64,000 nucleotides of DNA from Mobula hypostoma. Lineage: Eukaryota. A program made the translations under genes and the position numbers. The notes under the pieces are model-generated. The model was not told the origin of the DNA and made no database searches. It saw nothing but the letters and a program-made list of their open reading frames with translations. Numbering within the stretch: position 1 is the stretch's first letter; each line of letters opens with the position of its first letter. This document shows, piece after piece, positions 23,460 through 35,940 of this stretch. The stretch lies in contig NC_086097.1 of the NCBI RefSeq assembly GCF_963921235.1, forward strand, positions 21,950,001-22,014,000, read 5' to 3'.

Positions 23460-26400
23460 GACCAGGTTACTGGCACTGAACATGAGTCTGCGGTGCAGAA
23501 GAAGAAGAGGGAGAAGAGGGGAGTGGTAGTGATAGGAGACTCAATAGTCAGTGGAACAGACAGGAGATTCTGTGGATGTGATTGGGACACTCAGATGGTA
23601 TGTTGCCTCCCAGGAGCCAGGGTCAGGGACATCTCAGATCGCATCCACAGCATTTTGGAGGGGGAGGGAGAGCAGCCAGATGTCTTGGTACATGTTGGTA
23701 CCAATGGCATAGGATGGAAAAGTAAAGATGTTCTGAAGAGTGAATTTAGACAGCTAGGCTGAAAGCTGAGAAGCAGGACCTCTAGGGTAGTAATTTCTGG
23801 ATTGCTACCTATGCCACACGGCCAGTGAGGGTAGAACCTGGATGATCTGGCAGATAAATGTGTGGCTGAGAAGTTGGTGCAGGGGATAGGGCTTCAGGTT
23901 CTTGGATCATTGGGATCTCTTCCTGGGAAGTATGACCTGTACTAAAGGGGCGGGTTACACCTGAGCCCGAGGAGGACGAATATTCTTGAGGGCAGGTTTG
24001 TTAAAACTGGTGGGGAGGGTTTAAACTAATTTGCAGGAGGGTGGGAACCGGAGTGAAGGGACTCAGGATAGGGATGGTAAAAAAGCAAAGATAGCATACA
24101 GTCAGACTGTCAGGAAATGCAGGCAGATGATAGGACAAAATTGCAGCCATCAGGGTGAGTATCAGTGCACTAGGGATGCAGAATCAAAAAGGGTAACAAA
24201 TACAGTAATCAAAGTGTTTTATCTCATTGTGCAGAGCAGAGAGTATAGGAAATTAGGCGGATGATCTTGTTGTGCATTTACAAATTGTCAGGTATGATGT
24301 TGTGGCCATCACTGAATCATGGCTGAAAGATGATCGCAATTGGGAGCTGCATGTCCAAGATTATACATAGTATCGGAGCGATAGGAAGGTAGGCAGAGGG
24401 GGTGGCGTGGCTGTGCTAGAAAAGTATGGCATCAAATCATTAAAAAGATGTGACATAGGATTGGAAGATTTGAATATTTGTGGATTGAGTTAAGAAACTG
24501 ATGGCAGTTATACACAGGCCTCCAAACAATAGCTGGGATGTGGACTACAGATTACAATGGGAAAAATGAAAGGCGTATCAGAAGGGCAATGTTATGATTG
24601 TCATGAGAGATGTCAACACGCAGGTCAATTGGGAAAATCAGATTGGTCATGGATCTCAAGAGAGTGAATTTGTTGAATGCCTATGAGATGACTTTTTAGA
24701 GCAGTTTGTCATTGAGCCTACTAGGGGATCGGAGGCCCTTAGAGAGCTTAAGTGATCACAATTTGATAGAGTTCAACTTGAAATTTGATGTAGCAGTATT
24801 TCAGTGGAGTAAAGGAAATTACAGTGTTATGAGAGAGGAGCTGGCCAAAGTAAATTGGAAGGGGCTGCTGGCAGGGATGACAGCAGAGTATCAACGGCTT
24901 GGATTTCTGGGAAAAATGAGGAATGTGCAGGATAGATATACTCCAGGAATGAAGAAATACTCAAATGGTAAAATATTATAACCATGTCCGACAAGGGAAG
25001 TCAAAGCTAATGTAAAAGCGAAAGAGAGGGCACACAACAAGGTAAAAAAAAGTGGGAAGACGAGGACTAAGCAACTTTTAAAAACCTACAGAAAGCATCC
25101 AGAAGAAACATTAGGAGGGAAAAGATAAAGTATGAAAACAAGTTAGCAAACAATATGAAGGTGGATAAAAAAATCTTTTTCAAGTTAAAAAAATAAAACA
25201 GAGGTGATTATGGCTGTAGAACCACTAGAAAATGAGGCCGGATGTTCTACATCAGTTTTCACTGTGGAAGATACTAGCAGTGTGTCAGGTCTTGAAGGGT
25301 GCGAGGGAAGAGAAGTAAGTACAGTTAATACAGTTACTATTACAAGGGAGAAGGTGCTCAAAAAGCTGTAAGACTTTAAGGTGCATTAGTCACCTGGACT
25401 AGATGAACTGCATCCAAGGGTTCTGAAAGAGGTGGTGGTAGAGATTGTGGAGGCATTAGCAATGATCTTTCGATAATTATTGGACTCTGTCATGGTTCCG
25501 GAGGACTGGGAAATTGCAAATGTCACACCACTCTTTAAGAAAGGAGGATGTCAGCAGAAAGGAAATTATAGACCAGTTAGCCTGACCTCAGTGGTTGGGA
25601 AGATGTTGGAGTCAATTGTTAAGGATGAGGTTATGGAGTAATTGGTGACACAGGACAAGATAGGACAAACTCAGGATGTTTTCCTTAAGGGAAAATCTTA
25701 CCTGATGAAACTTGGAATTCTTTGAGGAGATTTCAAGTAGGATAGATAAAGGGGAGGTAGTGGATGGTGTATATTGGATTTTCAGAAGGCCCTTGACAAG
25801 GTACCACACATGAGGCTGCTTAGCAAGTTAAGAGCCCATTGTATTACAGGAAAATTACTAACATGGTTAGAGCATTGGCTGATTGATAGGAAGCAGTGAG
25901 TGGGATATAAAAGGATCCTTTTCTGGTTGCTGCCAGTGACTAGTGGTGTTCCACAGAGGCTGGCGTTGGGACTGCTTTTTTATGCTGTATATCAATGATT
26001 TAGATGATGGAATAGATAGCTTTGTTGCCAAGTTTGCAGCTGATATGAAGATTGGTGGAGGGGCAGGTAGTGTTGAGGAAACAGGTAGGCTGTAGAAGGA
26101 CTTAGACAGATTAGGAGAATGGGCAAGAAAGTGGCAAATGAAATACAGTGTTGGAAAATGCATGGTCATGCACATTGGTAGAAGAAATAAATGTGCAGAC
26201 TATTTTCTAAGCGGGGAGAAAATCTAAAAATCCGAGATGCAAGGAGACTTTGCAGTCCTTATGCAGAACACCCTGAAAGATTAACTTGTAGGTTGAGCCG
26301 GTTGTGAGGAAGGCAAATGCCATGTTAGCATTCATTTCAAGAGATCTAGAATACAAGATCAAGGATGTGATGCTGAGGCTTTATAAGGCACTGGTGAGGC

Positions 26401-26945
26401 CTCACCTTGAGTATTGTGAACAGGTTTGGGCTCCTCATCTAAGAAAAGATGTGCTGACATTGGAGAGAGTCCAGAGGAGGTTCACAAGGATGATTTCAGG
26501 AATGAAAAGGTTATCATATGAGGAACGCTAGATGGCTCTGGGTCTGTGCTTGCTGGAATTTAGAAGGATGAGGTTGGAGCTCATCAAAACCTTTCGAATG
26601 TCAAAAGGCCTAGACATGGACAGGATGTTTCCCATGGCGGAGGAGTCTAGGACAAGAGGGGCACAGCCTCAGGATAGAGGGGTGTCCATTTAAAACAGAG
26701 GTGCGGAGAAATTTCTTTAGGCAGAGGGTGGTGAATTTGTGGAGTTTGTTATCACAGGCAGTTGTGGAGGCCAGGTTGTTGGGTGTATTTCAGGCAGAGA
26801 TTGATAGATTCTTGATTGGCCAAGGCATCAAGGGTTACGGGGAAAAGGCTGGGGAATGGGGCTGAGGAGGAGCAGAAGGATCAACCATGATTGAATTGAC
26901 TCAATGGGCCAAATGGCCTAATTTTGCTCCTATGTCTTATGGTTT
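23460..26945 (+). mobile_element. Near full-length decayed CR1 LINE (ORF1 SGNH esterase, ORF2 APE endonuclease and RT)
   Basis: ORF1 VVVIGDSIV, VCCLPGARVRD, VLVHVGTN. ORF2 VAITESWL, SDHNLI, GNYRPVSLTSVVGK, KFAADMK, LVRPHLEYC. 3' tail cctatgtcttatggt. Many stops and frameshifts. Confidence 0.93.
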
Positions 26946-27614
26946 ACGATCCCTTTCCTCCAATCACCTTAAATTTATGCCCCCTTGTATTAGCCACTTC
27001 CATCCTGGGAAAAAGTCTCTGGCTCTCCACTCTACCTATGCCTCCTATCATTTTGTACAGTTCCTTCAAATCATCTCTCATCTTCCTTCACTCTAAAGAG
27101 TAAAACCCTAGCTCGCTCAACCAATCCTCATAAGGGTTGCTCTCTAAACCAGGCAGCATTCTGGTAAATCTCATCTGCAGCTTCTCTAAAACATCCCCAT
27201 CCTTCCTGTAATGAGATGACTGGAAATACTCCAAGTGTTGTCCGGCTAGAATTTTACAGTGCTGCAATATTACCCTGCAGCTCTTGAACCCAGTCCCCTA
27301 ACTAATGAAAGCCAACACACCAATCACCTTCTTTCTGTAGAGGTAGCATCTCCACAGAAACCAGAGGAACATTTGTCCTGAAGTAGAGAGAAAGGATATT
27401 ATTTTCTAAAATGTAGCATGTTTTTAATTCAGGGTATTTGAAGTTGAAACACTTTGTCTATTAGTGCATACTGTCAATCCCCTCTTTCAAAGAAGCATTA
27501 ATCTCCTTCCTGAGACTGGTATCTATGACAATATTAGAAGCAAAATATATCTCAAGACTTGCTTGTACCGAACACTGAAATAATCTGTTGATTAAGATTA
27601 ATAAATGGTTGGTG

Positions 27615-27682
27615 GGTCAGGCAGCATCTATGGAAAAGAGTAAAGAGTCGATGTTTTGGGTCGAGACCCTTCTTCAGGACTT
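27615..27682 (-). mobile_element. pLTR fragment with mutated hammerhead core
   Basis: Minus: AGTC-CTGAAGA-A-GGGTCTCGACCC-AAAACATC-GACT. Confidence 0.7.
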
Positions 27683-27789
27683 AATAAGTGGTCTTTATTA
27701 AATAAAGCCACAGCAATATCTAGCTGGAATGGATATCCAGCAGCAGCTAAAAGGATCCCCTAACACGATTTTTTTTTCTTTTACAAAAC

Positions 27790-30700
27790 TGTGAATTACC
27801 AAACAATGCCTCTAGGTATGCCCTTCTTACAGTGCAACAACCATGACATAAACTAAAAAAATCTTACCTTCTTGTACTGTATTCTGCATTGTATCTTACA
27901 ATACTAACAGCAGTGTATTTTCTTTTACTAACATAGTCTAATAAACCTTTTACTTCTCACCTTGGAACTTAAAACATGTGTGACTTTGCCTCAAACTGTG
28001 TGAGACTGTATGTAGGTCTAGTCTCTGTATCTAACTGATTTCCATTTTAAATGTACAGTATTTCTGCATTTCCTTTGGAACATCTTTTCCTTCTGTTGGC
28101 CATCTATTCATTGTAATGTCTCTTAGCATTTGCATTTCAGGATCATCTGCAGTCGCTTTCCTGAACATGCTCAACTTCTCCTCAGAGATGGGTAGCTGAG
28201 GTGTAACCCAGTTCACCTCCAACTCTCTTCCTAGCAACTCTTCCTTTTGCAGTAAGCATGGCTCAAAGCATCAGCAATGTACAGTTCTTTTCCTGGCTTA
28301 TAGGTGACTGTGAGAGTGTACCTCTGTAGCCTGAGAAGCATCCTTTGCAGCCTCATAGGAGCTTGGTGGAGTGGCTTGTTGAAGATGCTCTCAAGTGGTT
28401 TGTGATCACTCTCAACCTGGATTTCTTTGCTATATACATATTGGTGGAACTTCACACACCCATAAACTATGGCAAGTAATTCCTTCTCGATATGAGCATA
28501 TCAGCGTTGACAGTCCGTAAGTGCTCGTGATCCATACGCCACAGGCCTCCCATCCTGCAGTATAACAGCTCCTATTCCCTCCAAACTGGCATCCACAGAC
28601 ATCATCACCGGTTTATTGACAAATAGAACTTGAGTGCTGGTGCATTGGTAACCAACTGCTTCAATGTGTCAAAACTTTTCTTTTTTTCGTCTTCCCAATG
28701 CCATTCAGCGTTGCTCTCTAGTAGCTTTCGGAGTGGAGCGCTGACCTCTGATAAGTTGGGAATGAATTTGGCAAGATACTGTATCACGCCCATGAACCTC
28801 AATAGTTCTTGCTTGTCTTCGGGTGGTGGTAGCTGTACCACAGCTCTGACCTTTTCATCATCTGGTTTTAGCCCATCAGCACTGAGTACATGACCTATGT
28901 ATTTGATCTCTGTAGTTCTGATCTTACATTTACTTTTGTTCAGTTTTAGGTTGTACTCACGTGCTCTCTCCAGGAGCTTCCTCAGTCTCTGATCATGTTC
29001 CTCAATTGTGTCAGCCCATATCAGCAAATCATCAATGTTGTTGGCCACCCCATCCAGGCCTTCAATCATTTGTGCCACGGATCTCTGGAATACCTCTGAT
29101 GCAGAAGAAAGGGTAGACGCAGGAAACGATATCTCCCTATGGGCATGTTGAAAGTACATAATTTGGAACTTTCTTCATCCAGCTTGATCTGCCAGAAGCC
29201 TTGATTTGCGTCTAATACCGAAAAATATTTCGCATTAGGCATGTGGGATACAACCTCTTCAACCGTGAGCAGTGGATAGTGCTCTCTTTTGATGGCTTGG
29301 TTGAGTCTTGTGGATCCATGCAAATCCTCGTCTTTTTTTCTGTGACCACTGTCACCATACTATTCACCCAGTCGCTTGGTTCTATTTGTCTTGTTATGAC
29401 TCCCATCTGTTCCATTCTGTGTAGCTCCTCCACTACTTGATCCCTGAGAGCTACTGGAATCTTTCTCAGGGCATGCATGACTGGTGCAATAGTTGGATCA
29501 ATCTTGATATGGTGTTTCCCGGGTAAACATCCTAATCCAGAAAACAAGTCATCGAAGTCTTCGAGAATGTCATTTTCTTTTTCAACACCATAGATTCGCT
29601 TCACCAGGCCTAGTTTTGTGCAAGTTGCTTTGCCCAGTATGGCTGGAACATGTTGCTGTACTATTTCAAACTCTATCTTGTGTTTTTGTCCTTTGTACAC
29701 ACAGGTGAGTACTTTTTTGCCCAGTGGCGCCGTCTTGTGGCCGAAATATGCAACAAGCTTGCAGGTGGATTTTCTCAGTCTTCCGCTGATGTCCAGTGAG
29801 TTGAATGTTTCTGCTGACATTACATTGCACTTTGCCCCAGTGTCAAGCTTAAATGTCACATTCCTCCTGTTCATTATCAGATCTTGAGTCCAATCATCTT
29901 CATCCTCCATCTCTGCATTGTCAATATTCTTGATGCATACCTCCTGTTCCACTTCAACTGTGCCAATGAATATGTTACTGTTGCCCTCACTCTATTCCAC
30001 AGCATGCATTTTCCTTGCGTGCTCCTTCGATTTGCACATCTTTGCAAAGTGATTTCTTTTCTGGCATAACTTGCATGTCTGACCAAAGGCTGGACATTTT
30101 CTGTATCCATGTTTATAACCACATCTGTTGCAGTTAACTTCCTTTTGATCATCCTGTGGAGCTGGCTTTGTCCTACTCTTGTCAGTTTTCACAGTTTTTA
30201 TTTTGTGCACTTCAATCTCTTCATTGAGCACTTTAACCTGACTTGACGTGATCTCGCTGGCACGGCAAACATCAATCGCCTTTTGTAATGTAAGATCCGC
30301 CTCTCTCAATAGCCTGCCTCTCACTTGATCATCCTGTATGCTGCATTCAATCGTGTCACGTATTAAAGAGTCATGCAGTTGTCCGAACTCACAGTCTTTT
30401 GCCTTGCTCTTCAAATCTGTTACATAGGCGTCTATGGTCTCCATTGGTCCTTGAGCCCTCATGAAAAACCTGTGTCGGATGTACGGTAGGTTTTTTCTCA
30501 GTTCGCAGTAATCTTGAAACTTTTTCTTCAACACTTCAATTTTATCTTGCTCATCATCTTGGAAGACAAACATGTTGCAAACCTTTATTGCCTCTTCCCC
30601 CGCCACATGCAGAAACGTAGCATATTGCACTTTCTCCGTCTTTTCAGCTACGCCGCTAGCGGTGCAAAACAGCTCAGACTTCTAGATCCATATTTTCCAG

Positions 30701-30939
30701 TTCTCAGCAAGATTACCTTGTAGGCTTAAACTTGACTGTGGCTGTAACTGTGACATCTTTTACGTGTCTTCTCTTCCTTTTTTTTCGCGATTTCTTCTGA
30801 CACCGTTTAATATTGATGTGACTCGGATACCGCTGCAGATTGAACAATCACGTTTATTCACCAGGCTTCCATTTTTACCTCTCCACATCCTGACATCATA
30901 CGCACTCGGACGCTACGAATACTCACACAATACATTACA
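27790..30939 (-). mobile_element. Gypsy (Mag-like) LTR retrotransposon, decayed; integrase core and 3' LTR missing
   Basis: Short LTR about 30805-30939 (TGTAATG..., AATAAA). PBS remnant GGTGTCAGAAG (tRNA-Leu-like) at 30794-30804. Gag from ATG 30756 with tandem knuckles CNRCGYKH..KC and CKLCQKRNHFAKMC. Protease LDTGA, RT LDANQGFWQ and NIDDLLI, RNase H DHKPL...RLQR. Confidence 0.92.
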
Positions 30940-31659
30940 GTGCTCACATCCATCATAGTCCCATAGTCATTTGATGGATCTGGGCCCGTACTCGCATGAG
31001 TTTAGAAGAATGAAAGGGAATCTCATTGTAACCTATCAAATATTGAAAAAACCTAGATAAAGTGGACATGCAGAGGATGTTTCCTCTGGTGGGGGAGTCT
31101 AGAACTAGAGGCTACAGCCTTAGTATAGAAGGATGTCCCTCTCGAAGAGAGATGAGGAGGAATTTCTTTAGCAAGGGGTTGGTGAATCTTCATTGCCATG
31201 GAGGCTGTGGAGGCCAAGTCATTGGATAGATTTAAAGTAGAAATTGCTAGATTCTTGATTTGCAAGATCATGAAAGGTTACATGGAGAAGGCAGGAGAAA
31301 TGGAGTTAAGGGGGATGCCATGATGAAATGGTGGAGCAGACTCAATGGGCCGAATGGCCTAATTCTAATCGTCTTATAAGATGAGGTACTAAATATTTTC
31401 ACAATCTGCTAAGTTTAAAGGGACTGTGGGAGCAGTTTAAAGTGTGTATGGGAACTGGAGGCCCAGTGAGTGGAAGAAGGGTATAGAAATCTAGTTCTGG
31501 TGGATAGAAAAGCTGTACGGCAAGCATTGCCCAGTGAGGTGATGCTGAACCATTGGGGTTTCTGAATGGTTGAGTCGTGGATTATTGCTATTTTAGTGCC
31601 TATATTATTCTTTGTAAAAACCACCAAACTCCTCAATTATATTTCACTCCCAAACATGC

Positions 31660-32000
31660 CTTATCCCATATAAAAAATGTGGATTAGATTTCCAGCCTGT
31701 AGTTTACTCCCCGGGACCTATTATCCAATATATGATCTTACAAACTTCATTTAGATTCCAGCCTGCGACTCCCTTCCAGGTAACCATTATCCCATATAAA
31801 ACAACTCAACCTTGGGTCAGATTCCAGGCTGTGGTTTACTTCCAGGCACACATTATTCCAAGTGTAAATCATTCAAAGTCCTCAATTAGATTCCAGCCTA
31901 TAGCTCCCTTCTAGATACCCATTATTCCATATAAAACAACTCAACCCTAGATTAGATTCTAGTCTGTAACCCACTCCCAGGCATTTATAATAAACCAGCT
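31660..32000 (+). repeat. Tandem repeat, about 66 nt unit, 5 copies
   Basis: TTAGATTCCAGCCT-like anchor at about 31685, 31751, 31817, 31886 and 31952. Confidence 0.85.
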
Positions 32001-32173
32001 AAACATCACTGTAGCTAAACAGCCCTTAGCTTTTTCACAGCTCTCAGTTCTTTTGACTGTAAACCCCCTTGACAACGCAATGACATTCCAGCCTGTATCT
32101 TGCTCTAGTCATCCAATATTTAGCATATGAAAAGTAACTCATCCTACACCAAAACTGATCAGACAGGCCAAAA

Positions 32174-32258
32174 TTTGTAAAGCTCCTAATCAGATTCTAC
32201 ATTCAGTTTTCTTTGCCCGCTGTCGAACTGAATGTAGAATCTGATCAGGCTTTGCAGA
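32174..32258. repeat. Inverted repeat/hairpin with perfect 20-bp core
   Basis: 32189-32208 ATCAGATTCTACATTCAGTT is the exact reverse complement of 32226-32245; pairing extends outward. Confidence 0.9.
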
Positions 32259-33539
32259 ATTATCATTTCTTTCAGTTTACAGAATGCAGCAGATTGGAGA
32301 GCAGTTTCTCGTGCTGACCCTGGGCAATTGTGTGGTGGCAATGTAATTTTCTCATTGGGTCAGCAATCCTAAAGCAGCCACTTCTAACACCTAAGTGATA
32401 ATTAAGTCAGTGACAACTAAGGCCTCGCTGATTTCTGACTGTTGCGTTGTCTTGGTTACCAGCATCTGGCAGCAAACTCCGAAAAGGTGGAGCATTGCAG
32501 ATGTGCACTCACTGACCACTAGCTGATGAATTGAAGGAGAAATAATCGAAACTCACAGACCCCGCTTCTGGCATGAAGTGCTGGATTTTGTGGAGCAGTG
32601 GATTTTGTGTTGGCTCTCTCTTGTTCGAGGAGTCTTGAGGGAAATCTCCCAGCCTGCTGCGATCTGTAAGGCTGATCTCTAGTGTAAGGAATCTGACTTA
32701 CAAGAAGCTTTGATTTGTTATCCTCAAAGTAGACAACGGTGTCAACGTTAGAGCAGGTAGATATTTTCTCTGCGAGCCACTCCCTCCACAGAGTCCGCAA
32801 TCATCTCCTCTGCATCCCATTGATAGAGGCTCAGCCTTCAACAGAATTGGCTTGTCCACAGAAAGCAGTGGGTGGTAAACATAGAAACATCGAAAACCTA
32901 CAGCACTATACAGGCCCTTTGGCCCACAATGCTGTGCTGAACATGTACTTACTTCAGACGTTACCTAGGGTTACCCATAGCCCTCTATTTTTCTAAGCTC
33001 CACGTACCTATCCAGGAGCTTCTTAAAAGACCCTATTGTATCCCTATTGTATTGTAGTAGATGGACTGTAGTCTCTCTGGAGGTCAGTGATCCACAAGGA
33101 TCTGTTCTGGGACCCCAGCAGTTTGTGATTTTTATAGATGACTTGTGTGAGGAAGGTGGTAGTGTGGGTTCGTGAGTTTGCAGATCACACACAAAGGTTG
33201 GTGGTGTGGTGGACGTGTAAAAGGTTGTAGATTACAACGGGACACTGATAGGCTGCAGAGCTGCCCTGAGAAATGGCTGATGGAGTTCAGTCTGGAAAAG
33301 TGTGAAGAGATTCACTTTGGAAGGTCAGACTTGAAAGCAGACAGCAGGGTTAATGACAGGATTCTTAACAGTGTGGAGTCCACGTCCATAAATCCCTCAA
33401 AGCTGCAACACAAGTTGATAGAGTGGTTAAGAAGGTGTATGGTATGTTGGCCTTCATCAGACGGGAGACTGAGTCCAAGAGCCACAAGGTAATATTGCAG
33501 CTCTATAAAACCCTGGTTAGACCAAACTTGGAGTATTGT

Positions 33540-33790
33540 AAAAACGCAACAACAGGAATTCTGCAGATGCTAGAAATTCAAGCAACACACATCAAAGTTG
33601 CTGGTGAACGCAGCAGGCCAGGCAGCATCTCTAGGAAGAGGTACAGTCGATGTTTCAGGCCGAGACCCTGTTAGAGGACTCTTCCTTCAGTTAGTCCTGA
33701 CGAAGGGTCTCGGCCTGAAACGTCGACTGTACCTCTTCCTAGAGATGCTGCCTGGCCTGCTGCGTTCACCAGCAACTTTGATGTGTGTTG
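33540..33790. mobile_element. Head-to-head pair of PLE terminal repeats with 13-bp TSD
   Basis: CTTGGAGTATTGT at 33527-33539 and 33791-33803; arms at 33579-33669 and 33704-33794. Confidence 0.88.
33692..33729 (+). ncRNA. Minimal type-I hammerhead ribozyme motif (intact core)
   Basis: TAGTC-CTGACGA-A-GGGT CTCG GCCT-GAAAC-GTC-GACTG; predicted cleavage after 33724. Confidence 0.8.
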
Positions 33791-35637
33791 CTTGGAGTAT
33801 TGTGTTCAGTTCTGGTCACCTCATTATTGGAAGGATTGAAAGCTTTAGAGAGGGTGCAGAAGAGATTTACCAGGACACTGCGTGGATTAGAGAAGATGTC
33901 TTTTGAGGTGAAGTTAAGCAAGCTAGGGCTTTTCTCTTTGAAGTGAAGGAGGATGAGAGATGACTTGATAAAGGTGTGTGAGATGATAAGAGGCTTAGAG
34001 AGAGGATGCCAGCACCTTTTTTTTCCCAGAGTGGAAAGGGCTGATATGCGAGGACTTAATTTTCAGGTGGAGAAAAGTATAAGGGGATGTCAGAGGTAGG
34101 TTTTTTCACAGAGCATGAAAGTACATAGAATGCCCTGCTATGGGTGGTGGTAGAGGCAGATACATTAGCAAGATAGGCACAAAGATGAAACGCAGGGCTA
34201 TGTGGGAGGGAAAAGTTAGATTGATCTTAAAGCGAGTTAAAAAATCACCACAACAGAATCAGGAACAGCATTCAGCAGAAAGAAAAACATTACTTAGACC
34301 TAAATTGGATCCATTTTTTTTTACAAGAAAGAACGTAATTGGAACAAAAAACCCAAAATGCTTTGTAATGCGAAGAGGTCAAAGTAGTAAGAATGTTGCT
34401 ATATTAAAGTAGTGATTTGAGTTATGCAGGTTGGTTCAAGAACTGTATAGCTGAAGGAAAGTAGCTTTTCTTGAACCGGGTAGCGTGGGTCTTCAGACTT
34501 CTGTACCCAAGTCTGAATCTTCTTGAGTCCTGTTGAAGGGTCTCGGCCCCCTCCATGGATGGGGAGGAGGTGTGTGTGTGTGTCTCATCTGCAGAATCCT
34601 TTCTGTTTCTGTGCTCAAGGCTGGGTCACTGTGTCCAAGGAAGGGGGCACACATTCAGGCTCGAGGCAGGGAGTACACGCTCAAGCCCAGGTTTGTAGGA
34701 CACATGGATGGTGTACATTTGGGCCCAAGCCTGGGAGCACAGACACAGGCTGACTTTGATGCCTGAGGCTGAGTTTACATGAAAGCATACTTGAATGGCA
34801 CTTATACATGGGCCCAGCATCGGGTGCAGGTGTGATGGAGAGGTCCGTTGGTTTTCTGGGACCTGAAGTTTGTTCTGGACCTCCCTGAGCCCCAGTATCT
34901 TACCCTCCTCAGCAGAACCTCAGATAACCTGCTCCTCGTCCTTCAGAATGGTAGTTTTGGGAGACGTTCCAGAAATCCTGTAAAGTTGCCCTAGTGTATC
35001 TTGTACACAGTCAGAATCAGAATCAGCTTTATTATCACCGTTTTATATGGTGTAAAATTTGTTTTGCAGCAAAGATGTAAAATTGATATAAATTACAAAG
35101 TGTGGAAAAAAAAAGAAATAATGAGGTAATGTTCATGGGATCATGAACCATTCAATACCTGATGATAGAGGGGAGGAAGTTGTTCCTGATTCACTGAATG
35201 TGTCTAGGCTCCTGTATTTCCTTCCTGAGGGCAGTAATGAACATATACTCTGCAGTCACAGTGGAGTGGCAGAACGGTTGGAATTCATTCTTTCATCTCA
35301 GATCCTCCTGTGTACAATATATCTATCTGGACTCAGCCTCAGAATAGAGGGGTGTCCTTTTAGAACAGAGATAAGGAAGAATTCCTTTAGCCAGAGAGTG
35401 GTGAATCTGTAGAATCAATTGCCACAAGCGGCTGTGGAGGTCATTACTTTATGTATATTTAAGGCAGAGGTTGATAGATACTTGACTGGTCAGGGCATAA
35501 AAGGATATGGGGAGAAAGCTGAGAGGAAAATTGGATCAGCCATGATATAATAGTGGAGCAGACCCGATGGACTAAATGGCCTAATTCTGCTCCTATATCT
35601 TAAGGTCTATCTATTATTTATCTACCTATCTTTTATA

Positions 35638-35940
35638 GGCATCCGTTAGTCTCATGAGACCATGGATTTGCACCTTGGAAGGTTTCCAGGGCGCAGGCCT
35701 GGGCAAGGTTGTATGTAAGACCGGCAGTTGCCCATGCTGCAAGTCTCCCCTCTCCACACCACCGATGTTGTCCAAGGGAAGGGCATTAGGACCCATACAG
35801 CTTGGCACCGGTGTCATCACAGAGCAATGTGTGGTTAAGTGCCTTGCTCAAGGACACACACGCTGCCTCAGCCAAGGCGCGAACTAACGACCTTCAAATC
35901 ACTAGATGAACACCTTAAACACTTGGCCACGTGCCAACAC
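35638..35940 (-). mobile_element. Complete tRNA/CORE-type SINE with 13-bp TSD
   Basis: TSD CCTATCTTTTATA at 35625-35637 and 35941-35953. tRNA-like head TGGCCAAGTG...AGTTCG; CORE-like GTGTCCTTGAGCAAGGCACTTAACC. Confidence 0.85.

Larger units (their letters stand above)
33045..34255 (+). mobile_element. CR1 3' half with nested PLE inverted insertion
   Basis: PQGSVLGP, LYKTLVRPNLEYC, resuming as VQFWSPH after 33803. Confidence 0.85.

Noticed and set aside
31660..32000. CRISPR-like repeat/spacer appearance
   Set aside because: The spacers are homologous to each other, the repeats are degenerate, the context is eukaryotic and there are no cas genes.
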